From: Sphyrna mokarran
Lineage: Eukaryota
Assembly (NCBI GenBank): GCA_024679065.1
Contig: JAGIQG010000009.1
Span: 107,508,001 to 107,572,000, forward strand
Reading direction: 5' to 3'
DNA: 64,000 nucleotides
Position numbers and translations under genes: made by a program. The notes under the pieces are model-generated. The model ran no database searches. It was not told the DNA's origin and saw nothing but the letters and a program-made list of their open reading frames with translations. Of the stretch, positions 1 to 11,900 are shown one piece after another. How positions within the stretch are numbered: the stretch's first letter is position 1; every line of letters begins with the position of its first letter.

Positions 1-240
1 GGGGAAGGAAATCTGCCGTCCTTTCCCGTCTCAGTAAGAAGCTTCACAACAAAGTCCAACAGGTTTATTTGGTATCATGGTCGTTCAGAGTGCTGCTCTA
101 TCATCATGTGAGTGGCTTATGTGATCTGGCCTACATGCGACTACAGCCCACAGTAATATGGTTGACATTAAATGCCCTCAGGGATGGGCAATAAATGCTG
201 GCTCCACCGACGACGCTCATATCCTATAAACGAAAGAATT
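1..240 (+). mobile_element. DeuSINE/SacSINE1-like SINE 3' half, interrupted by a Penelope-like fragment (~33-115)
   Basis: gggaaggaaatctgccgtcc...gggatgggcaataaatgctgg; inserted agtaagaag...aaagtccaacaggtttatttgg. Confidence 0.6.
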
Positions 241-950
241 TTTTTAAAAAAATGCAGGAAATGGAGAGAAGGGTTCTCGACTATTTTCAAATATAAACCT
301 CTCTTGGTGATGTGAGTACAACTTAAGGAGAGCATTTTTACGTTTTTGCTTTTGAATTTTCTATCCCTTGTTAAAGAAATCAAAAACGCTTGCATTGTAA
401 CACATATTTTTCTTCTGCATAAAGATGAGTGATACAACCAGGCATGTATTGATAGTTTTGCTTCGGGTACACAATATGAACTTTGTTGCAACACTGGGCA
501 ATAATTCAATCAAAATTTTGAGCATCGTCTTCATCCGAAATTTCACCTTTTTGGGGCCGCGGCAATGGCACAGGTGGAACGATCCCTTTAGAGGCGACCC
601 CTGGTTTGCTTACACGGTGTTCACCGGCTTTTCGGTCAATCCTGTGATCTAAGCTTAAAAGTTCTGCAGCTCACTGTCCCTGCAGTTGCCGCTAGAGTCC
701 TCCCTGGAGATATCCAACAGCGGCTGATGATGCCCCAACCTCTTAGGGTACCTTCCATGTCGTTGTTGAACCCGAGATAGGAAGATGTCAAATCTAAACA
801 ACTCCTCATTGACGCTCACCAGAAGCTTAAGTAGACGAAAAGAGGAGGTTATTGGAGAAGGCAAAGAAACGAGAATAGATCTTGGACTTAATGTATAAAA
901 ACAGGCAAGAAAGGTTCTCGAAAGAAATATTTGATCGAAGTAAAAAAATA

Positions 951-1210
951 TTTATTATTAGGTTCATTAACACTGCAATGAAGTTGCTGTGAAAAATTCA
1001 CTAGGCACCACACTCCAGCGCCTGTTCAGGTACACTGAGCGAGAATTGAGCATGGCCAATGCACCTAAACAGCATCTGTTTTGGATTGTGGGAGGAAGAC
1101 AGAGTGCCCAGAGGAAACCCACACACAAACATGGGGAGAACGTGCAGACTCCATACAGCCAGTGGCTGAAGCCCGAAATAGAACTTGGATCCCTGCCGCT
1201 GGAAGCAGCA
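951..1210 (-). mobile_element. HE1-type tRNA-derived SINE (copy at ~43720-44000)
   Basis: Reverse complement of the V-SINE core tgcacgttctcccc...gggtttcctc...tccca. Confidence 0.75.
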
Positions 1211-1789
1211 TTCTCCACAAATCTTGCTCGTCCAGAGAACGCAGGCTGAGGTGATTTACCATGGCCTTGAAACAGTTTGAATACATTTTGAGAAAATGCT
1301 TCATCAGCAGAGAACCTTCTAGCAGGAAATGAACTTGTATTCAATAAATATTAAATTTTCCTTCAAACAAATCATAGCAGGATTGTCTCTGCACACTTTA
1401 CCAGATCCACGTCGCAGTTACGATGTGTTTTCGTCAAAGAAGGAAACTCCGTTTACGGGGATGGGGATAGTAGGGGATGGAGGAGATGGAGGTTGTTACC
1501 TACCCGCCAATCCCCAAGCTCAGTGTCATACAGAGAACAGATAGATTGAATTTACACCTAAATGTCTAGTCTGGCATCTCAAAATGGCAATTTATGCGTC
1601 ATTTAGTTTTTTGGCAAGATATACCTGTGAAGTAAATGCAGGGTCTTCAAATTGTTCAACCTCTCAGTATGCTTGTGTGGTAAAACACGCGGGTGAAGAT
1701 TGTTTCTGGAGGATTTTTGTAGTAGTGGGGTGCGTGGGATGTGGAAGCAGCAGAGACAGCAACATCTAGCTTTCTGCAATAATGCTAAA

Positions 1790-2066
1790 TGTTTACTTAG
1801 TCATGTCACAAGAAGACTTACATTAATACTGCAATGAAGTTACTGTGAAGAATCCCCCAGCCGTCACACTCCTGCTCCTGTTCGGGTATACTGAGGGAGA
1901 ATTTAGCACGGCCAATGCAACGCGTCTTTAGAACTGTGGGAGGAAAGCGGGGAAAACACATGCAGGTACGAAGAGAAAGTGCAGACTCCGCACATCCCAG
2001 GCTGGAATCGAACCTACGTTTCTGGCGCTGTGAGGCAGCAGTGCAGCCACGCCGCCACCATGCCTC
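1790..2066 (-). mobile_element. HE1-type SINE
   Basis: tRNA-like head (tgctgcctcacagcgccag...ggttcgattcc) and core on the minus strand. Confidence 0.75.
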
Positions 2067-2709
2067 CCGTACCCAGTAGCTGTCTATCGAACTTGACTAC
2101 CCGTTGTATGAATAAACATGAAGATTATTGACCTCCCGGCTCCTTGAGCAACATTTTTATTCTTCACAGCAATAGATGAAAAAATAACATTATCAACCTT
2201 ATCAGCCAACCATACAAATTTTATTTGAAGAAAATACTTAGTTTAATGAAAAATAGCTAAGCCAACGCCAGCAACCCTAACCGAAACATGGCCGTGCTCA
2301 ACCACCTTCTTATCCGCGACAGCAACATGTCTGGAGAAAATCTATTCCTCAATATCTCCAGGATAGCTTACAATAGTTTGAGGATTCATTCATTGGAAAA
2401 TGATTACGATGACAGATGCCAAATAGAGAAGACCGTACAAAATAAACCTCATCACAATTCACTGAAGGTTACAATGATTAAAATCAAAATAAAGATAAAG
2501 GATAAAAATAAGTCGCGTGTTTATGAACGTTTGAGAATAAAAATAACAGCAATATATTGCAAAATTGCGGCTCTTTAATTTACAGGAATGATCTACTGCA
2601 CCTTGCATTTTGTACCAAAGATCACGTTCATCGAAATCTCAACCCTAAACTTACTATTTACGTTCTAATTTTCAGCCCTTTTTCTGCCGATTTCATGCCT
2701 CAGACATCA

Positions 2710-2952
2710 TTAGCGTACCGGGGCCCGAACCACCCCGTAAACGACCGGTTCTTCCATCTGGTTTCGAGATCTCACTGGCGCCTGATTCTTGTTCTGATCA
2801 CGACTTTGCCTCACTTCCCCGTACACAATCTTCTCTTCGCCTCGTTGAGGCGGGGGTCCCGCGACATGATTGTTCGTGCGGTTCCCCAGTCGCTGTGTTT
2901 TGGGTTTGGCGATATGCAGGTCAGCATAAATGACATTGTTCGACGTGCCTCC
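2710..2952 (-). CDS. Gene A terminal cytoplasmic exon with 3 ITIMs (VIYADL, IVYGEV, VVYGVV)
   Basis: Pyrimidine tract plus tgaag|GGA GGC ACG; 80 codons then TAA; paralogue at 45106-45300. Confidence 0.85.
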   Translation of the reverse strand, partial: GGTSNNVIYADLHIAKPKTQRLGNRTNNHVAGPPPQRGEEKIVYGEVRQSRDQNKNQAPVRSRNQMEEPVVYGVVRAPVR

Positions 2953-5900
2953 CTTCAATGAAACAAAATTTAAAAAGAAATAAATAGAAATGTTAAAGCT
3001 GCAGTTGCTCAGTGTAATAATGCCATTCCTGACCTAATGTAAAACCGGAGAAAGATGTGTTGCAAAGTTGTGCTTAGAAGTTAGAAGTGCAAGCACATAG
3101 AGTGGCAACAAAAACAAAATGAAAACGTATACAGAAGGCCAAACGACAAGATACCAAGGCAACAGACTTTCAAGCGTTTGAATCTTTTTTGAACTCAGCC
3201 AATCAATTTGAATTAAAAACAACCAATCTATTAACTTTAAACCTGATGGGTTTAGCAATTTAGAACCAATCCCATTATGAGTGATATTGATATGTCATCA
3301 CAGGTATAAAAGAGCAGCAGGACAAAAGGCAGAGATGAACTGCCGCCTGCCATAGCTCATAGCTCTTAGCGCAATGACTCGTGTAGATAGTAAAGATACC
3401 AAAGAAGAAAGAAGAATAGACAGAGAACGCCCGGAATTTTCCAAAAGACACAAAAGCTGGTTGTAATTTAGAGAGTGACTAAAACTCTATTTTTTGTTAA
3501 TAATTGGGAATTATAATTGATGGAATAAAATTCCATTAGAATCCTGTTTTATTCAGTTTGTTAATTATTTAGCTAACTTATTCACTGTTACTTGGATAAG
3601 AAATTGTTACTTGTTAATTTTAGAGTGTCAGGGAGTTATCTTGATTTAACCACTAGAGGTCGCTGAAAGGCACGGTACACCATACTGTTTTTACAGATTG
3701 TAAGACATACTCCTCTTTTAGTGAATTCTTGGATAAGGGATAGACCCTTGCTCTATAACAGATATCCTTTGCATCCATTATTCTCCTGTGTATGGCAGAA
3801 CAGGAATTCAGAAATAGCTCGAAATTTCAGCAATTAATATTGAAACAAAATTCCTTTAAATTTTCAACTTATAGTTAAACTTGTTAGGTTCTTTTTTGAA
3901 ATTCTAACGAGGCAGACAGTGGTATTATCCTCAGACTATTGATACAAAAATGCAGCTAATTTTTTGTAAACCGTGGTACAAATTCCGTCATGGCAGATAG
4001 TGGATTTTGAATTCAATAAAAATAATTATGAAATTAAGAATCTACAGATGACCATGAAAACATTGTCAAATATCCTAAAAAGCTATTTGATTCACTCACC
4101 CCTTTTGGGGAAAGAAACCTGCCATCCTTACCCGGTCTGGTCTACATGTGACTGCAGAGCCACAGTAGTGTGGTTCACACTCAGCTGCCCTCACCAAGCC
4201 ACTTCGTTGTTCAAGAAGGCAGCTCACCATCACCTTCTGAAGGAGAGATAGGGATGGGCAAAAGATGCTAGCTGCAAGCGAAGTCCATGTCCCACGAGTG
4301 AATTAAAAAAATGCCAGTGAGAGAGACTGGGAACGTTTTGGATTTTTTAGTCCATCAGTTGGTTAGCAGTGAACGGATTACTATTGGTTACAAGGACTGT
4401 TAAAAGTACATAGAAACTTTTGACAGTCCTTTACTGATCCCAACCTCTCTTAAATGAGACCATACATAACCTCTCAGGAATTTTTTGAGTGATCTGTTAG
4501 TCAGCGAGGTTAGGGTTAGTTTTCTCGAAATAACGTTTGCTCTTTCAAAACAGAAGAACGTGCTAGCTGTGCTCCTGTCCTGCAGCATTGTCCCTGCAGC
4601 GATTGAAAGTTAGAAAATGATTGTTAGAGTTGATACTTCTTTCTGGCACTTATTAGAATCCAGATATGCATTTTACCTGAGTCTGAAGATTTAAGCATTT
4701 ACAAGAACTTTAAACAGTTTTAAATATTTATCTTATTAAATATTTTAGCTTTTTCTCCCTAATTGCTTTGTTCCTCTGAGAAAAAGAGTTGGAAAGTAAC
4801 TGTTAAGAGGCTCATCTGTGTCACGTGCTTCCCGGTTTGTTTTAACTCTTTAATCTCTAATTGGCCTTGCTCTTTCCTTCATTGTCCATTTGATCTTGGT
4901 GAATAGATAAAGCCTATTATGATTTTCCTAGATTATACTTGCCAATGTTTTACCGGTTCCTTGTTTCTCTAATGTTCATAGAAATCATAGAATCCCTATA
5001 GCGCGTAAGGTGGCCACTCGGCCCATCGAGTCTGTACCGACAACAATCCCACCCAGATCCTATCCCCGTTAGCCCACACATTTATTCCATTAATCTCTCT
5101 GACCTTGGCTTCCCTTGACACTAAGCTTCAATTTAGTACGGCCGATCAACGTAACCCGCGCATCTTTGGAGTGTGGGAGGAAACCGGAGCACACAGAGGA
5201 AACTCACGCAGACACGGGGGGAAGATGCATATTGCTCGCCTTCAGTGACGCAAGCCAGGAACTGAACCTAAGCCTCTGGAGCTGTGAGGCAGCAGTGCGA
5301 ACTACTGTACCACATGCCGCCCCAAAAGTGTGCAAACACAGTCCTGCCACTATCAGAAGTTTTACAGTCGAGTATCCCACATTTGGGGACATCGAAGGCG
5401 TCAGCACATCCGAAGTGCAATCCGAACTTGCTTGATCATGGTTTCACCGCATCAGGTAGGTATTCTATAATCATAGAGCTACAGAGTCAATATTGTAAGG
5501 AGATAGCCATTAGACACGTCGAGTCCATGTCTACTCTCTGTAATGGCATCCAAACATTCCCATTTAAGCCGTGTAGATTGATTCCCTTCATGTTCCTATC
5601 CCATTAGGATGTAAAATCCTTTATCAGTTTTGCTTTCACTTCCCTTCATCTCCCTTAGAGATTATGAGTTCCAGGTTTTCGTCATTTGCTGCATGAGGAA
5701 GTCTGCCTCATATTCCCTCTCCCTTCTGCTGCTCAAAACCTTAAATATTCTTTGCAACTTCAGTAGACAGGAACAACAATTATTTTCTTTCTGATCTAAA
5801 TCTGCCAACTCGTATGCACCTCCATCAAATAGCCTTTTTTAATCACGATTGTTCCAAGGAGAACAACCCCAAATTCTCCAACCTAATCTTTAACTAAAAC

Positions 5901-8900
5901 CTTTCAATCCTGGAATCATTCTGTAAATCTCCTTCCTGCATTTCCTTATATCATTTCTTGTAAACTATGGTGACCAGAATTGGACACAATTATTATTTAT
6001 TTATTAGTGTCACAATTAGGCTTATATTAACACTGCAATGAAGTTTCTGTGGGAATCCTCTCGTCGCCACACACCTGTGCCTGTTCGGATACACTGAGGA
6101 AGAATTAAGCATAGCCAATGCACTTAATCAGCACATCTTTCGTACCGTGGAAGGAGACCCATGTAGACATGGGGACAATATGCAAACTCTGCACAGACAA
6201 TTTGGGAATTGAACCCGGTGTTATGAGGCAGCAATGGTAGTCACTGTGCCACCATACTCAAGCATAATCAGAGTGCTATAAAACTTGACTTCCCTGTTTT
6301 TGCATTCAATGCTGCAATACAGGAAGGCAAAAGTCGGATTGCCTTGTCAGTTTCCTTTCAACTTTAATTGGTTGTATTCATAAACCTGCAATTATTATAT
6401 TTTATATTTAATTTCACACTTGCACTTTTTATGGTCCTGTTTTATTTGTACAGTACTGGTTTATTGACATCTGAAATTAGCTTTCCTTATTGCTTCGTCC
6501 TATTCTTTATGCTGTGTATTAAACTCCCTGTATTCAATATAGCTGTGTACAATACTCAATATTTTGTATGGCGTAACAACTGCCCATGCAACATTTCACA
6601 ATCCAGTCAAACACCTTTAATCTATGTTCTTGTGAAATAGGATTAGGGGTAGTCCATTCGTCCTCTCGAGCCTGGTGCACCATTCAGTTAGATCATGTTT
6701 CATCTACTTCAGTACTGTTTTCCTGCACTATCTCCACAGCCCTTCATTGCCTCTAATACACCGACTCTAACCATTTCTGCTGTGCAAACACTGAATGACT
6801 GAGCCTCCACATTCTTCTGTGGTAGAGAATTGCAAAGATGCAGCGCACTCAGAGGGAAGAAATTCCACCTCATTTTAGTTCAACATGTTCTTCTCTTTAC
6901 TATGTGCCCTCTGAAACTGTAGGCCTCTGTTCAAATTTCTAATTGTAGGGCACCAGCTTACTCTTCCACTAGATTGAACTCTATCTCCCCTGTGTCCACG
7001 CAATACACCAGTCCGTTTATGTCCTCTTGAAATCTAAGAACAAGCTCCTGCCTGTTTGTGACACCTTTTGTTCTGCAATTTTACCATCATCGTCAATTTG
7101 TTTAAAATGATGGTGTCAAATAGCAATCAGAGGAATATATGATTGCTGATTGAATATATTTGTTAATTGTGCTAAATGAAATACTCACAAGTGTGGAGAT
7201 ATTGTGCCTTTAAGAAATGTATTTCAATCATGTTCCTAGTTACATTTTATTGGCACCGTGTCGTCTGCAACCAGTGCCTTTTATTTCTACTGAAGGCAGA
7301 TAGTAGACACTATGCTAATTTTAATCTGGGCCAAAGTAGTCTTTTGCAGTTTAGTTTCCTTTGGAGACTGCTGTGCTTGATTTGAGATTGATTGATAGTT
7401 TATATTAATTAGCAAAAGCTACGTTTCAGAAAAAAGTGCAGTTTCAGTTTTGTTTGCGTTGCTGCTAGAAAGGAGACAATGTCTCTATCTCTAGGTGCTT
7501 GCTGAAAGTTCCAGGACTGAAAGCCTCAAAGGTTTAATCCAATATTTAAAGGACCAATTCACAGTTGGTATAAAAATCTTAAAGTCCACTGATTTGTACA
7601 AGTAAAGAGAAATGCTTATGTAGGTGGGATGATGTTTGACTTGAAACAATATAGGTAGCTAGTTGTAAAGGTTCATATTGTGTTGTGTTTAATTTGTATA
7701 ATTGGTAAAATTTATGCCAAATCTTTTTGTTATATCTTAACTGTGTACGTAAATAAACTTTATTTGGTAAAAGCTTCCTAGTGCGTCACTTGAATCATAC
7801 AACAGCAGAAATAATGGACACTAGTAGCAGACAACACGTGCCCATAAAATGCTACTAGGAAGATGGCTGAAGTGCATTTATTAAAGGCAGAGCATCATCA
7901 CACTTGTGAGTATTTTATTTAGCAAAATTGACACATATTCAATTGATAATGACATACTCCTCTGATTGCTATTTGATACCATTATTTTAAACAAATTGAT
8001 GATGAGGTAAAATTGCAGAACAAGAGATGTTATGAGCAAGAAGGAGCTTCTTCTTAACACTTGATGCTCACCCCATGCCAAAATCAAAAGTAAAATTTAG
8101 GGTCTGGGCTAACTTCATAAAATACTTTGCAGTTTCTTGCCTGGGCCCCAATGTAAAAAAGAGATTTCATTCTAGGCATTATGGAGAGGATTCTGCATTT
8201 TTCGGAATCAACATTATCTTAAAGTAACTTACAATTCATCTGATAATCTACTGTTTTGATGCAATAATTTCGTGTATAGGTGGCACAATGGTACAATGGC
8301 TAGCACTGCTACACTGCAGTGCCAGGGACCCACATTCGATTCCCGGTGTGGGTCACTGTCTGTGCGGAGTTTGCAATTTCTCTCCATGTCTAGACAGGTT
8401 TCCTCTGGGTGCTTTGGTTTCCTTCCACAGTCCACAAAGATGTATGGGTTAGGTGGATTGGCTATGCTAAATTGCCACTTAGTGTCAGGGATAGTAGCCA
8501 GGATAAATGCATGGTGTTTTGGGGATACGGCGTGGATGTGATTGTGGTTCGTGCAGACTCAATGGACCGGATAGTTTCCTTCTGTGTTGTAGGATTCTAT
8601 GTTGAGATTTCACCTTACCCTCCATTCGAAAGCAAAAGTCTATTAAAAATCTAAATGTTTCTACGATTGTAATGTGGTACATCTTTCTTACCTGCGCCTC
8701 ATTTCGAGTTGGTGTTCTATCTGCAAAATGTTTGAGATAAACATATTACATTTATGCGGTGAAGAAGGCAAGTGAAATGAATAAATCAGTATTTTTTTCA
8801 ATGAATCAAATAAACGCTCAATAATAATACAAAGTCAAAATAAAGTTCTACAGTCAGACCTGAATCCATTACCTTTCACTGCGCAAGCGCATGTACCATA

Positions 8901-11900
8901 ATGAGAGCGATAGCACATTGAGCACAATGCTGGAGTCCTGGAAATTTTACTGGTCTAGCAATCCACAGACAGAGTTCATTACTTTGGGAATATAAGTACA
9001 CATGCCAGTGTGGAATTGAAATTCAATTAATAAATAAACATTTAATTGAAAGCTTGTCTCAACCATCGACTAAACCATCGATTCTGGCAGAAAAAAAACA
9101 TCTGGTTTGATAATGTCTCTTAGGAATCGTTCTTAGTTAATGTGATATTGATGACACCAGACCCACTGCGACGTATTTGACTCTGAACTGCCACCTGAAA
9201 TGGCTCACTACACTATTCAGATGTGCCAAAACGCTGCCGGAAAGTTAATGAACTGCAATCATTCATCGCTGCCTTCGCAAGGACAGTTAGGATGGGCGAC
9301 ATGCTAGCCTTACCAGCGACAACCACATCTCGTGAAAGTCTATATACATAAAGGAAATAAAATATAATTGCAAGCGCATCCTGATGTTAAATATAAAGTG
9401 GGCAGTTACAATTTACTTCTTAGCTCTAAAGACATTATTGTGCTTTACAGTGTATGCCATGCTACAAACTGGAAACAAATAAACTAGGAGTAGGAATAAG
9501 CCATTCGGCCCTTCGAGCCTATTCCACAACTCAATATGATCATGGCTGATCTTCTATCTCAATATTCCAGCTTCCTCCCTACACTTCTTCATCTTCAGCT
9601 TCATGCATGTGAACCGGAGCACCTGTAGAGCTCTCATAAACCTATGCCCAAGCATAGAGGATAGTTGTCAACTCATTAATTGTTGCTCATTTTGAAGGTT
9701 ATCCTCAAGGTTAGCACTGCCATCAGTTGCTGTAATATTCAGCGATGACTGACTGCCCTCTTTCGAAAATTGCTCAATGCTATCCACGTTAGAAGGTTGT
9801 GTGCTCACGCCCCACTTTACAACTTTCAACACAAAGTCTGATACTGCAGAAGAAGCCCTCTAATGTCGGAAGTGCTGACTTTGGGATATGAGGTGAATTC
9901 AAGTCTAGGGTGACCCTCTTATCCCAAGATATTTTAATACGAATGTAAACAATTACTGCCGACGGTCAGAGGAGTTACCATCATCGCTCCACCACTATCA
10001 AACTTACCCCCACTCCCATTCAATCCTACGTCCAATATTGATCACTGAGGTAAAAGCCCATGGCCAAATTATCAGATTATTATCACATTCTTGTATTTAA
10101 CAGCCGGCCTTGTCGACATACCCATAGTACATTGTGGAAGATATTCTTCTTGGGGATAAAGGGACTAAGAGATATGGGGGGAAGACGAGATCGGGATATT
10201 AATTTTGATGATCAGCCCCATCAAAATGAACGGTGGAGGAAGTTCAGCGGGCCGACTGGCCCACTTCTGCTTCCATTTCATTATTATGAAACTATTTAAT
10301 TAATTGTAAGTTGTTCATCAGTTCGGAAATACTATGCATGGTTACAGGCCATTCGCCAAAACAATGCAAGCTCTCTTTTTCTTTGTGATACTGTGCAGTT
10401 GATGCTTAGTAGCACTCATGCACTTCCACCCAAAGCAGCTTTTAAACCCTAAATATACCCAATCACTATTCGCCAGGATAAGATTGTATGAATTACCTTG
10501 ACACTTGTTACGACTCAAGAAGATAAGAATTGCGAATAGAAGCACCAATATAATGACCACAAACGCTGAAGACAAAGTGATCAATTTGTGAGTTGAAGCT
10601 TCTTCCTTGCTCGCGGCCCGACCTGGGGAATATCAAAGGATTATTAATAATTACATCCTAGTTAGCTTTTCAGTGAACTGAGCCAGATGTTTGGCTCATT
10701 GTAAACCCACTTTTAAAAAAGTAAATCATATGTTTTAAGTGTTTAGTTCCCTTTTCGATGACAATTATTTGTTTGATTTTTTTTGATTTATCATTGAGTT
10801 GAGGCACAATGAAAAGTCTTATTTCTTGCACGAAGTGGGCAAAGCATACCATTTGTAGGCCGCATAGGAGAGAAGGAAAGGAGAGAGTGCAGAATGTAGT
10901 GTTACATTCTAGGGTGTAGAGAAAGGTCATGTGCCCCATTGTGTTCTGCCGAGTTATATAAGATCATATGAATGAATCTACCTATGAGCATGTGAGATGT
11001 TGGATCTACATATGTTATACCGAAAAAAAGCTCGCTATAATTCAATTAACTTTGGATAACTGAGTATGACGCTTGGCAAAGAAGCTGTGATATTGAATGT
11101 AAATTCATGCATATGCAATGATTGCCGGATATAACTATGGATGAATAGGTATCTGTGTATGCATATTTGCGTTTGAAATGGAACAGGGAATTCACATAAA
11201 CTTTGACCAGTCGGAACAAGAACAATGCTGGCAAAACAAAATCTCTCATTTTGACTCGTGCCAATGAAAGAAACATAGAAAATAAGACAAGTAGTCTGCC
11301 ATTCATTTCAGTGAGCCTGCTCTGCTATGAAACAAGATAATGGCTGATTTTCTATCTCCACGCCTTACTCCACTGCTCTCCCCATAGCCCTGACATCATT
11401 AGAGCATTGAAATCTATTTCTTTCCTAACTTCTCTCGCCCTCTATTGACCTTCTGTTGTAAAGGGATCCACAAGTTCGTCACCCTCTGAGCAAAGACACT
11501 TCGATTCATCTCAGTCCTAAATGACCTTTTCTAAATCATTAGACTGAGATGACCTGCAGCCAGTCTGTCCAGCCTGTCATTTTAATACAAGCCCGTCTCA
11601 TTCTTCTCAATTTCAGTGAATACGAGCGCAATTGACCAAATCTTTCCTCATACGACAATCCTGTCATCTCAAGAATCAGTCTGATGATCTTTCACTGCAC
11701 TCCCTCTAAAGCAATTATATCAATTCTTAAGTAAGGACACGCAAACTGCACGCAATACTGCAAGTGTGGACTCATCGATGTCTTGCAAAGCGGTAACACG
11801 ACATTCTTTCTCCTGTGCTCGAAACCTTTTGCAATGAATGCCAACATGCCATTTGGCTTCCTAACCCGTTGCTGTACCTGCATACTTGCTTTTAGTAAGT

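Noticed and set aside
655-900. Minus-strand ORF shared with 43462-43704, as an extra exon
   Set aside because: No recognisable domain, truncated by a deletion in B, and downstream of the gene A stop
2557-2961. 134-aa plus-strand ORF
   Set aside because: Antisense shadow of the GC-rich ITIM exon
8279-8350. tRNA genes
   Set aside because: The A/B-box sequences here and elsewhere are heads of tRNA-derived SINEs and continue into SINE bodies
8873-8937. AG...GT bounded segment just upstream of the micro-exon
   Set aside because: Contains a stop in the required phase, and the donor is degraded in gene B
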